Of a DNA stretch of 64,000 nucleotides, positions 27,119 to 35,959 are shown piece by piece. The notes under the pieces were generated by a model, which had not been told where the DNA came from, did not search any database, and saw only the letters and a program-made list of their open reading frames with translations. The stretch lies in contig CAWJJB010000007.1 in NCBI GenBank assembly GCA_963843115.1, positions 830,773-894,772 on the forward strand, in the 5' to 3' direction. Source of the stretch: an uncultured Gemmatimonadales bacterium (lineage in GTDB: Bacteria > Gemmatimonadota > Gemmatimonadetes > Gemmatimonadales > GWC2-71-9). Positions within the stretch are counted from its first letter, which is position 1; each line of letters opens with the position of its first letter. Both the position numbers and the translations under genes were made by a program.

Positions 27119-28818
27119 CGCGCCGCGGCGTGGTGCTCGTTCCGAAGCTGTTCTCCACCCTCCCGGGCTATACGCGCCAGCAATTCTTCGCCGATGCCAA
27201 TGCCGGCATCATCGTCGGCATTGTGGCCCTGCCCCTGGCGATTGCCTTTGCCATTGCCAGCGGTGTGTCGCCGGAGCGAGGCCTGTATACCGCGATTGTC
27301 GCCGGGTTCCTGGTCTCGCTCCTGGGCGGGTCGCGGGTACAGATCGGCGGCCCGACCGGGGCGTTCATCGTCGTGGTCTACGGGATCGTTCAGCAGTACG
27401 GATACGATGGTCTCGCGGTGGCGACCCTGATGGCAGGGGTGATGCTAGTGGTCCTCGGCCTGGCGGGACTGGGCAGTGCCATCAAGTTCATTCCGCATCC
27501 GGTCACGACAGGGTTCACCTCCGGTATTGCGCTCATCATCTTCACGAGTCAAGTCAAGGACCTGCTGGGCTTGCAGATGGACGCGCTGCCCGCCGACTTC
27601 GTGGGCAAGTGGGTGATGTACGCCTCGCATGCGCTGAAGGTGTCCTGGCCGGTCGTGGCCGTCGCCGCATCTGCGCTGGCCATCCTGATCCTCTGGCCGA
27701 AGCTCCGCACCAGGGTCCCCGGGCCATTCGTGGCGCTGGTGGTGACCACCGTGATGGTGCAGGTGCTCCATCTTCCGGTGGAGACGATCGGGAGCCGGTT
27801 CGGCGAGATTCACGCGTCGCTGCCGATGCCGCACATGCCGCACCTTTCGTGGCCGGACGTGACGAGGCTGATTCAGCCCGCCTTCACCATCGCCCTGCTC
27901 GGAGCCATCGAGTCGCTGCTGTCGGCGGTGGTGGCTGATGGCATGCTCGGGAGCCGTCATCGATCGAACATGGAACTGGTGGCCCAGGGCGTGGCGAACA
28001 TCGCCAGTCCCCTGTTCGGGGGGATTCCGGCGACCGGCGCCCTGGCACGTACCGCGACAAACGTGCGGAACGGCGGGCGGACGCCCGTGGCAGGGATGGT
28101 GCACGCCCTGTTCGTGCTGGTGGTCATGCTCTTCTTCGGGAAGCGCGCCGCGCTGATCCCGATGGCCACGTTGAGTGCCATTCTTGTTGTCGTGGCGTAT
28201 CACATGAGTGAGTGGCGCACCTTTCGTGCTGAGCTGAAGTCACCTCGCAGCGACGTGATGGTGCTGCTCGCCACCTTCCTGCTCACGGTGCTCGTGGACC
28301 TGACCGTGGCCGTGGAGGTGGGGATGGTGCTTGCCGCCTTCCTGTTCATGAAGCGGATGAGCGAGATCGCCAACGTTCGCGCCATCACGGATGAGCTGAC
28401 CGATGATGAGGAACCCGACGCCGAGGCGGCTCGGCGGCGGGGCCGGCAACTGGTGGTGCCGCCCGGCGTGCAGGTATACGACGTGAACGGGCCATTCTTC
28501 TTCGGGGCGGCGGAGTCGTTCAAGGAGGCCATGCTTGCGGCGGGGGCGGGCGCCGCGCCACCGCGTGTGCTCATCCTGCGGATGCGGCAGGTGCCCACGA
28601 TCGACGCAACCGGCATCAGCGCGCTTCGGGACGTCGCCCGCCGGAGCAGGAAGGAAGGTAGTGAGGTGATACTGTGCGGGGTGGCGGATGAGCCACGCAC
28701 TGTGATGGAGCACGCCGGGCTCCTGGATGAACTCGGGCCCGAGGCCTTCGTGCCAACATACCGGGCTGCACTGGAGCTTGCGGAACGACGGCTTGCGACG
28801 AGCCCGCGATCCCCATAG
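27115..28818 (+). CDS. SulP-family anion transporter with C-terminal STAS domain
   Basis: AGIIVGIVALPLAIAFAIASG and multiple TM segments. The STAS-like end has VQVYDVNGPFFFGAA and ILRMRQVPTIDATG. TTG at 27115; GTG at 27127/27130 are alternative starts. Confidence 0.9.
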   Translation: MTRRGVVLVPKLFSTLPGYTRQQFFADANAGIIVGIVALPLAIAFAIASGVSPERGLYTAIVAGFLVSLLGGSRVQIGGPTGAFIVVVYGIVQQYGYDGLAVATLMAGVMLVVLGLAGLGSAIKFIPHPVTTGFTSGIALIIFTSQVKDLLGLQMDALPADFVGKWVMYASHALKVSWPVVAVAASALAILILWPKLRTRVPGPFVALVVTTVMVQVLHLPVETIGSRFGEIHASLPMPHMPHLSWPDVTRLIQPAFTIALLGAIESLLSAVVADGMLGSRHRSNMELVAQGVANIASPLFGGIPATGALARTATNVRNGGRTPVAGMVHALFVLVVMLFFGKRAALIPMATLSAILVVVAYHMSEWRTFRAELKSPRSDVMVLLATFLLTVLVDLTVAVEVGMVLAAFLFMKRMSEIANVRAITDELTDDEEPDAEAARRRGRQLVVPPGVQVYDVNGPFFFGAAESFKEAMLAAGAGAAPPRVLILRMRQVPTIDATGISALRDVARRSRKEGSEVILCGVADEPRTVMEHAGLLDELGPEAFVPTYRAALELAERRLATSPRSP

Positions 28819-28901
28819 GGGAGGGCCCGCTTGCTCCCCCCGTCCCGCTGGATCACCTTTCGCATCCCCGATCCGGGGGTGCCTGGAGGAAGAACAGAAC
28901 G

Positions 28902-30095
28902 ATGAAGAAGTCCACGAGTCCACGCACCGCCGCGGGCAATCCAAGCCGGCAGGTGCGCATTGCCGCCGTCATGGACCGCCTCGAGGCGATCAAGCCTGGC
29001 CCGCACATGGTCGTGTCGTGCTACCTGAAGATCGAACCGCGCGACCGCTCCCGTGGCAAGTACCTCATCAAGCTCAAGAACAGGGTGCGTGAGCTACAGC
29101 GTGCGCTTCCCCGGCTGGGCCTGGACCGCGCCGCGAGCGAGGCCGTGCTCGCGGACGTTGAGCGCGTGCAGCAATACCTGCGCGCGCCGGGGAACCTGCC
29201 GGCGGCACACGGCATCGCCTTGTTCGCCTGCAAGGAGCTCAAGCTGTTTGAGGCCGTGGCACTTCCGTTCGTCCACCGTTCGCGGCTGGCGGTTGATCGA
29301 TCGCCCCTGGTCCGGGAGCTGGTGGCCGCACAGGAAGAGTTCGGTCGTCTCTACGCGGTCGTCACCGATCGCACATTCGCGCGGATCTTCGAGGTGACGG
29401 CCGCCGAGGCGAGGGAAGTCGCGTCCCTCACGGCCACGGACACGCGGGGACGCCGCGAACGGGGCGGCCAGGATGCACCCGGCTGGGGCGAGTATCACTA
29501 CAACAACCGGATCCGCGAGGAGAAGCAGCGGCACTACGATGCCGTCGCGCGGAAGCTGTTCACGCTCGACCGGGCGGCGCCGGCACACGGGATCATCGTG
29601 GCGGGAACCGGCGCTGACGCGGCGGCGCTCACACCGTTCCTGCACCAGTCCCTTCAGGAACGGGTCGTCGCCTCCGTCAAGCTGAACCCGCGCGAGGTGA
29701 CGCCCGCCGCGGTGCACGAGGCGGCCCTGGCGTCGCGCGCGCTGTTCAAGCGGGAAGAGGAGCGGCTCCTGGTCGAGGAAGTGCGACAGCGAACCGGGGA
29801 AGGCTGGGCGGTGAGCGGCGTCTCGGACACCCTCAAGGCACTCTCCCGGGGCCAGGTGCGCACACTGCTGGTCGCCGCCGATGCGAGCGAGCCTGGCTTC
29901 CGGTGCGGCCTGGGCGGTCGCCTCGTGCTCGACGCCATGGACTGCCGCGGGGAGGGTGAGGCGCTGGCGGTGGTTGACGTGATCGACGACGCCATCGAGG
30001 ATGCCCTGGGGCAGCGCTGCGAGGTCAACGTGATCTTCGAGCCCGAGGCGGCCGCACGGATCGACGGGCTCGGCGCCCTATTGCGATTCCGGTGA
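28902..30095 (+). CDS. eRF1/Pelota-fold protein (bacterial aeRF1-like, baeRF/Vms1-like) with a GGQ motif
   Basis: It has no RF1/RF2 signatures. It has VVSCYLKIEPRD at the N-terminus and RERGGQDAPGW (GGQ at 29463-29471) followed by NNRIREEKQRHYDAVARKL. The C-terminus WAVSGVSDTLKALSRGQVRTLLV...IDGLGALLRF resembles eRF1/aRF1 domain 3. Fold assignment is by eye only. Confidence 0.6.
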   Translation: MKKSTSPRTAAGNPSRQVRIAAVMDRLEAIKPGPHMVVSCYLKIEPRDRSRGKYLIKLKNRVRELQRALPRLGLDRAASEAVLADVERVQQYLRAPGNLPAAHGIALFACKELKLFEAVALPFVHRSRLAVDRSPLVRELVAAQEEFGRLYAVVTDRTFARIFEVTAAEAREVASLTATDTRGRRERGGQDAPGWGEYHYNNRIREEKQRHYDAVARKLFTLDRAAPAHGIIVAGTGADAAALTPFLHQSLQERVVASVKLNPREVTPAAVHEAALASRALFKREEERLLVEEVRQRTGEGWAVSGVSDTLKALSRGQVRTLLVAADASEPGFRCGLGGRLVLDAMDCRGEGEALAVVDVIDDAIEDALGQRCEVNVIFEPEAAARIDGLGALLRFR

Positions 30096-30775
30096 ATCCA
30101 GTCGCAGTGCTGTTTGATGCCGGCAACACACTGGTCTTCCTCGACTATGATCGGCTGGCCGGCGCCATCGCCTCGGCACTGGACCTGCCACTGACGGCGT
30201 CGGCACTGCGGGTGCACGCGCCGGCCGCGGCGCTTGCCATGGAGCAGGCGCACCTGACCGACCGGGAGCGCGGGACGGCGTTCCTCCTGACCCTGTTCGA
30301 GCGTGCCGGTGTCCCGGCCGGTCGAACAGAGGAGCTGAGGCAGTCGCTCCTGGACCTGCACCAGCGCGCGCATCTGTGGGGGGCCACCGAGCCGGGCACC
30401 AGGGCTGCGCTCGACCGGCTGAAGGATGCGGGCATCCGACTGGCCGTGGTGTCGAACAGTGACGGACGGGCCGCCGCCGCCCTCGAGGCCGCTGGCCTGC
30501 TGGATGCCTTTGAATTCGTGGTGGACTCGGGGGAGGTTGGCGTGGAGAAGCCCGATCCCAGGATCTTCCAGATCGCCCTCGATCGCCTTGGCGTGGGCGC
30601 CTCAGACGCGGTCTATGTCGGGGACCTGTACGAGGTCGACGTGGTTGGCGCACGAGCGGCCGGGCTGGACGTCGTGCTGCTCGACCCCCAGGGGGCGCAC
30701 GCAGGGCGCGGCGTGAGGACGGTCCGCTCGATCGCCGAGTTCACCGATCAGCTTCTTGCCGCGCGCGCGGCGTGA
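30092..30775 (+). CDS. HAD-IA family hydrolase with a non-canonical motif I
   Basis: Motif I reads VLFDAGNTL (DAGNT at 30116-30130, with no Asp at position +2). Also VVSNSDG, EKPDPRIF and YVGDLYEVDVVGA. The GTG start overlaps the preceding stop (GTGA). Confidence 0.75.
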   Translation: MNPVAVLFDAGNTLVFLDYDRLAGAIASALDLPLTASALRVHAPAAALAMEQAHLTDRERGTAFLLTLFERAGVPAGRTEELRQSLLDLHQRAHLWGATEPGTRAALDRLKDAGIRLAVVSNSDGRAAAALEAAGLLDAFEFVVDSGEVGVEKPDPRIFQIALDRLGVGASDAVYVGDLYEVDVVGARAAGLDVVLLDPQGAHAGRGVRTVRSIAEFTDQLLAARAA

Positions 30776-30801
30776 CGCACACTTTCCAACGCTGAGAGAT
30801 C

Positions 30802-32460
30802 ATGGCACGAGTGCGCAGCAAGGCAGCACCGCCCACCGAGAAGCCCAGTCGCCTCCGCGTGATGACCGAGGAGTATCTCGCACTCGCCGCCCGGCTCCGC
30901 GAGGGGGGCGGCGCCTCCCGCGTCAAGCGGATGCACGACAAGGGGCAGTTGAGCCCACGCGAGCGCGTCACGAGGCTCCTCGACCGCGCGTCTCCGTGGC
31001 TGGAAATCGGTCTGCTTGTCGCCTACGACCGCTATGACGGGCAGGCCCCGGGGGCGGGTGTCATCACGGGCGTGGGCGTGGTGTCAGGGCGCGAGGTCGT
31101 CGTGGTGGCCAACGACGCGACGGTCAAGGCGGGGAGCTGGTGGCCAGAGACGATCACCAAGATTCTCCGGGCCCAGGAGGTCGCGATGCGACAGCGCATC
31201 CCGATCATCTACCTCGTGGATAGTGCCGGGGTGAACCTCCCGTACCAGGAAGGCGTCTTCCCGGGGCAATACGGGGCGGCCCGCATCTTCTACTACAACT
31301 CGCTGATGCGGCGATACCTGCGTGTGCCACAGATCAGCGCCGTGATGGGCAGTTGCATCGCCGGCGGTGCCTACCTTCCTGCCTTGAGCGACGTGATCTT
31401 CATGGTGGAAGGCACGAGCTTCATGGGACTGGGGGGGCCGAACCTGGTGAAGGGCGCCACGGGCCAGACCATCGACGCGGAGACCCTCGGTGGCGCACGC
31501 ACACACACCGAACTCAGTGGCGTGGCCCACTATCGGGCGCCGACCGACGGCGAGTGCCTCGACCGGATCCGCGACTACGTGGGCCGCTTGCCGCTCCCGG
31601 GTGGCAGCCCGCAGGCCAGGCGCGAAAGCCAGCCACCGGCGCACGACCCAGCCGATCTCTACGACCTGCTGCCACACGATCACCGGATGTCGTACGATGC
31701 CCGGCGGGTGTTGGCGTGCCTGCTCGATGGTGGCTCGCTGGACGAGTTCCAGCCCGACCTCGCCAGCGAGATGATCTGCGGGCATGGGCATATCGAAGGG
31801 TGGCCGGTGGCGGTGATCGCGAACGCCCGGGGCCTCATCAAGGGGCGTGAGGGCGAGCGGCCGCGCTTCGGCGGGATCGTCTACGCCGAGAGCGCGGAGA
31901 AGACGGCATACTTCATCGAGACCGCCAATCGCGAGCGGATCCCGATCCTCTTCGTGCAGGACGTGAGCGGCTTCATGGTAGGGGCGGAGGCGGAGCATGC
32001 CGGGATCATCCGGGCCGGCGCACACTTTGTCGAGGCGATGGCCACGGCCACGGTGCCCCGGATCGTGCTGACCATCAATCATGCATCTGGCGCGGGGTAC
32101 TACGCGATGGCAGGGCAGGGGTTCGATCCCGACTTCATCCTTTCGTGGCCCACCGGCCGGATGGCGGTGATGGAGGGTGAATCAGCCGTCATGGCGGTGC
32201 ACGGCGTGGAGATCGCCAAGGCGCAGGCGGCGTCGGTACCATTGCCTGAGGCCGTCCAGGCGTCGATTGCCGACATGCGTGTCGACTACGAACACCAGCT
32301 GGACGCGAGGTATGCGGCGGCCCGTGGTTTCGTGGACGCCATTGTCACCGCCGAGGAGACCCGGGACCAGGTGGCATTCCTCCTGCAGGTCACGTCGCGG
32401 TTTGCGGGTCCACACCTGGGCCCGTTCGTGCTGCCACAGGATCCTGCCGGCAATGCCTGA
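30802..32460 (+). CDS. Acyl-CoA carboxylase carboxyltransferase (beta) subunit, methylcrotonyl-CoA carboxylase-beta-like
   Basis: RVKRMHDKGQLSPRERVTRLLD, VVANDATVKAGSWWP, and GSCIAGGAYLPALSD are carboxyl-transferase family motifs. Confidence 0.85.
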   Translation: MARVRSKAAPPTEKPSRLRVMTEEYLALAARLREGGGASRVKRMHDKGQLSPRERVTRLLDRASPWLEIGLLVAYDRYDGQAPGAGVITGVGVVSGREVVVVANDATVKAGSWWPETITKILRAQEVAMRQRIPIIYLVDSAGVNLPYQEGVFPGQYGAARIFYYNSLMRRYLRVPQISAVMGSCIAGGAYLPALSDVIFMVEGTSFMGLGGPNLVKGATGQTIDAETLGGARTHTELSGVAHYRAPTDGECLDRIRDYVGRLPLPGGSPQARRESQPPAHDPADLYDLLPHDHRMSYDARRVLACLLDGGSLDEFQPDLASEMICGHGHIEGWPVAVIANARGLIKGREGERPRFGGIVYAESAEKTAYFIETANRERIPILFVQDVSGFMVGAEAEHAGIIRAGAHFVEAMATATVPRIVLTINHASGAGYYAMAGQGFDPDFILSWPTGRMAVMEGESAVMAVHGVEIAKAQAASVPLPEAVQASIADMRVDYEHQLDARYAAARGFVDAIVTAEETRDQVAFLLQVTSRFAGPHLGPFVLPQDPAGNA

Positions 32461-32525
32461 GCGCTGCTTGCCGAAGCCGCGGCCGAGGCGATTTCACCAC
32501 ACTTTCCGTCCTTGAGGGAGGCGAT

Positions 32526-33119
32526 GTGCGACTACTGACCAGAAGCCTGGGGCTTGCGCTCGCGTCGTTGGTGGGGACGTCCGGGATCGCGGCGTGCCAG
32601 GTGACCGAAGTCGACATCGGCGGGATGATCGGGGTGAGCCTGCCGACCAACTCCACCGCCAACCTGTACGTCGCGGGCTGGGCTGGAACTGGCAGCTTTC
32701 GCGTGATGCCAGCGAACTGGGTGGTGGGGATCCAGGTCGACGGCACGTATGCGAGCTACAACCGCAATACCGCCAACCTCTCCGACCGCGGCATGAGCAT
32801 CGTCACTGGCGCGGCGAGCGTCATCTACCAGGTCGAGCTCGACGAGACGCCGATCGAACCGTACTTCTTGCTCGGCATGACGGCGAACCACATCGCGGTG
32901 GAGAACCCGCGGACCATCGAGTATTACGGCTCGACCACCAACCTCGGAATAGTCTTTGGCGGTGGCGTCGCGTTCAAGAATGGCGCTCACGCCCGGATCG
33001 CCCCGGTGCTCGACTTCAGGATGTATGGCATCTTCGGTGGTGACCCGCGCCAGGGCGCCTATGTCAACCTCAGCGTCGGTTTCCTCGTCCTGCTGAAGGG
33101 ACGCCACTCCGCGCCATGA
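32526..33119 (+). CDS. Small outer-membrane beta-barrel protein (OMP_b-brl type)
   Basis: Signal peptide (LALASLVGTSGIAAC), alternating hydrophobic beta-strand pattern, 197 aa. The stop overlaps the next start (ATGA). Confidence 0.6.
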   Translation: MRLLTRSLGLALASLVGTSGIAACQVTEVDIGGMIGVSLPTNSTANLYVAGWAGTGSFRVMPANWVVGIQVDGTYASYNRNTANLSDRGMSIVTGAASVIYQVELDETPIEPYFLLGMTANHIAVENPRTIEYYGSTTNLGIVFGGGVAFKNGAHARIAPVLDFRMYGIFGGDPRQGAYVNLSVGFLVLLKGRHSAP

Positions 33120-35959
33120 GCCCGACCCGCACTGACGGTGCGCGGTGGACAGCCACCGCGCTTCTTCTCATGGCGATCGGCGCCTGTGCGCCGAAGTCAC
33201 CTTCCGTGCCTTCGCCGGCCCCGGTCAGCGCCGCGACGCCCGGGTCCGCCTCTCCCGCGCCGGCGCGCTCGCAGCGCAAGCTGCCCCCGCCCGTGCTCGA
33301 TCCTGCCACGGCCTTCCGTCGGGGTTGGATGCCGCTGGCAGCCACGGGGGTCACCGACTTCGCCCTGCAGCACCCAACCTACGACGGGCGCGGCGTGCTC
33401 ATCGCGATCCTGGACAGCGGGCTGGATCCCACGATCCCCGGGCTTCGGCTTACGAGCACGGGTGACGCCAAGGTGCTGGACGTCCGTGACTTCTCGGGCG
33501 AGGGTCGCATCGCGCTCACACGCATCACCCCGGTGGGCGAAGCCGCCGTGATCGCGGGGCACCGCCTGGGCGGGTTCTCCCACGTGCGGTCGATGAATGC
33601 CACCGGGCCCTGGTACGGTGGCGTGATCGCAGAGCTGCCCCTCGGCAATCCCGATGCTGCCGACCTGAATGGTGACGGGGATGTCAGCGACACCATGCTG
33701 GTGGTGGTGACTCGTGCGTCCGACGGGTGGGTGCTCTTCGCCGATGCCAACGGCAATGGCTCGCTCAGCGATGATCGGGCAGTGCATGACTATCTCGTTG
33801 CCAGGGAGACCTTCGGCTGGGCGCCCGCCGGGGTACAACCATATGTCACGGTCGCGGTGAACTTCGCCGAGCGGGATGGCCAACCCGTGCTCGACCTGTT
33901 TTTCGACACGAGTGCGCATGGGTCACATGTGGCCGGTATCGCCGCCGGTCACGACCTGTATGGGGTGAAGGGGTTTGATGGCGTGGCGCCCGGCGCCCAG
34001 TTGCTCGGACTGAAGATTGCCGACGATGCGCAGGGTGGCATTTCGCGCAGCGGCAGCATGATTGGCGCGATGGACTATGCCATTCGGTTCGCCGAGTCCC
34101 GGCACATGCCGCTGGTCATCAACATGAGCTTTGGGGTCGGCAACGAACAGGAGGGACGGGCGCGGATCGATCACCTTATCGACTCGGCACTCGCGGCACA
34201 CCCCACCGTGACCTTCACCCTCAGCGCAGGGAACGACGGACCGGGGCTCTCCACCATCGGGTTCCCCGCATCGGCCGCGCGCGTCATTGCCGTCGGCGCC
34301 CTCTTTCCCGGGGTCTTTCTCTCGGCGGATGGGTCGTCCCCGCCCTCCGATGCCATCGCTGACTTCAGTGCGCGAGGCGGCGAGGTGGCCGGACCGGACA
34401 TCGTGACGCCTGGCGTCGCCTACTCAACGGTTCCGCTGTGGGACCGGGGCGGGGAACGGGAGGGCGGCACCAGCATGGCGTCTCCCCATGCCGCTGGATT
34501 GGTGGCCCGGCTCACCTCGGGGGCGCACCAGCAAGGGAAGACAGCTACCGGCTGGACGATGCGGCAGGCGCTGATGGTCACTGCCCAGCCCGTGGATGGC
34601 GCAACCTTTGTGGACGAAGGCACGGGCGTGCCCAACCTTCCACGGGCCTGGGCCTGGCTTCAGTCGGGCTCGGACATTCCCGTGATCATCCCGACATCAG
34701 CTGGCGGCACCACCGGGGCGTTCGCCGCCGATGGGCTTGATGCAGCGTTGGCGACGCAGCGGTTCGTCCTCCATCGTGACCATGGTGCGGGCGCCCTTCC
34801 GCTGCGGTTCCGTAGTTCGGCCGCCTGGCTGGAGGCCCCGGCGCCGGCAACGCTGAGCGGCGATTCACTGGTGGTTGAGGGCCGGGTGCGCTCCGCATCC
34901 CTCACAAGGCCGGGAGTCTATGTCGGGGTGATTACCGGCTGGGGTACCGATACGGCCGCGGGACCGATGGTACGCCTCGTCTCGACGGTTGTCGTGCCGT
35001 ACCACGATCCCGAGATCGACCTTCCATCGTTGCGTATCGGAAGGGGCCAGTGGGTTCGCATACCGTTTGTGGCCGATTCTGCCCGGCCATTCACGGTGCA
35101 GGTTGCGTCTGCAACGTCGTCGCCCCCGCTCACATACCTGCACGAACCGGGCGGCATGCCGTACCGCGATAACAATGCGCGGCAGGCGGGTAATGGCGAT
35201 CAAGCTGCCGCATACGACGTGCTGGGCCGCGACGTGATCCCCGGTACGTACGAGCTCGTGGTACAGGCGTCGCAGTTCGAGGATGCCAGCGCCAAGGTGA
35301 GCATCCGGCAATCGCCCGTTCGACTGGGCCTGGGCAGCAGCCCATCCGGCCTCGACGCCACGGTCACGAATCTCACGCACGAAGGCGTGCGGGTCGACGT
35401 GGGAGCCGCCGCGATTGGGGGCGGACGCGTGGTGGATGTTCGCGGGAGCGGAAGCGCCAGGCGTGACGTGGACCTCGAGGTTCCGGCCTGGGCTCGCAGC
35501 ATCCAGGTGGATGTGCAGATGCCACGCGAAGAGTGGCCGCGCTATACCGATTTCGGGCTGACGCTCTTCGATTCGGCGGGGCAGCAGCTGGCCAAGGCGC
35601 CGCTCAACTATTCATTCGGGCGCCTCGAGCACGAGGTCACGACAGCCAACGGACCGCAGCGCATGACGCTGTCGCTTTTCCCCGGGTTTGCGGCCCTCGA
35701 CGACACGCTTCCCTGGGCGGTGCGCGCGACGGTCCGCTTCTACGCCGACTCGGCGCAGGCCATGCAGCCGGTCGATGAACGCGCGATCACGCTGGGCCCA
35801 GGAGAATCCCGAACCGTGCGCTTTGCCGCGACCGTGGATGGCCGGACGTTGCCAGCCGGCTTTGTGCCGGTCGGCCTGCTGCTCGCGCGCACGGGGGACG
35901 ATGAGATCTGGGCGACAGAGGGCTTGCTGGCGCCGCTTCATGGAGTCGGGGCGAGATGA
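33116..35959 (+). CDS. S8 subtilase-family serine peptidase, lipoprotein, TPPII-like triad spacing
   Basis: Lipobox LLLMAIGAC. Asp in IAILDSGLD (33413-33415), His in SAHGSHVAG (33917-33919), Ser in GGTSMASPHAAG (34472-34474). 947 aa with a large C-terminal extension. Confidence 0.9.
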   Translation: MSPTRTDGARWTATALLLMAIGACAPKSPSVPSPAPVSAATPGSASPAPARSQRKLPPPVLDPATAFRRGWMPLAATGVTDFALQHPTYDGRGVLIAILDSGLDPTIPGLRLTSTGDAKVLDVRDFSGEGRIALTRITPVGEAAVIAGHRLGGFSHVRSMNATGPWYGGVIAELPLGNPDAADLNGDGDVSDTMLVVVTRASDGWVLFADANGNGSLSDDRAVHDYLVARETFGWAPAGVQPYVTVAVNFAERDGQPVLDLFFDTSAHGSHVAGIAAGHDLYGVKGFDGVAPGAQLLGLKIADDAQGGISRSGSMIGAMDYAIRFAESRHMPLVINMSFGVGNEQEGRARIDHLIDSALAAHPTVTFTLSAGNDGPGLSTIGFPASAARVIAVGALFPGVFLSADGSSPPSDAIADFSARGGEVAGPDIVTPGVAYSTVPLWDRGGEREGGTSMASPHAAGLVARLTSGAHQQGKTATGWTMRQALMVTAQPVDGATFVDEGTGVPNLPRAWAWLQSGSDIPVIIPTSAGGTTGAFAADGLDAALATQRFVLHRDHGAGALPLRFRSSAAWLEAPAPATLSGDSLVVEGRVRSASLTRPGVYVGVITGWGTDTAAGPMVRLVSTVVVPYHDPEIDLPSLRIGRGQWVRIPFVADSARPFTVQVASATSSPPLTYLHEPGGMPYRDNNARQAGNGDQAAAYDVLGRDVIPGTYELVVQASQFEDASAKVSIRQSPVRLGLGSSPSGLDATVTNLTHEGVRVDVGAAAIGGGRVVDVRGSGSARRDVDLEVPAWARSIQVDVQMPREEWPRYTDFGLTLFDSAGQQLAKAPLNYSFGRLEHEVTTANGPQRMTLSLFPGFAALDDTLPWAVRATVRFYADSAQAMQPVDERAITLGPGESRTVRFAATVDGRTLPAGFVPVGLLLARTGDDEIWATEGLLAPLHGVGAR

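Noticed and set aside
28902-30095. Possibility that this ORF is a canonical bacterial release or rescue factor (PrfA/PrfB/PrfH/ArfB)
   Set aside because: It lacks the RF-1 domain context of the bacterial GGQ (GGQHVN...) and the PxT/SPF tripeptides. Its domain order and C-terminal ...GLGALLRF ending fit the eRF1/Pelota fold instead.
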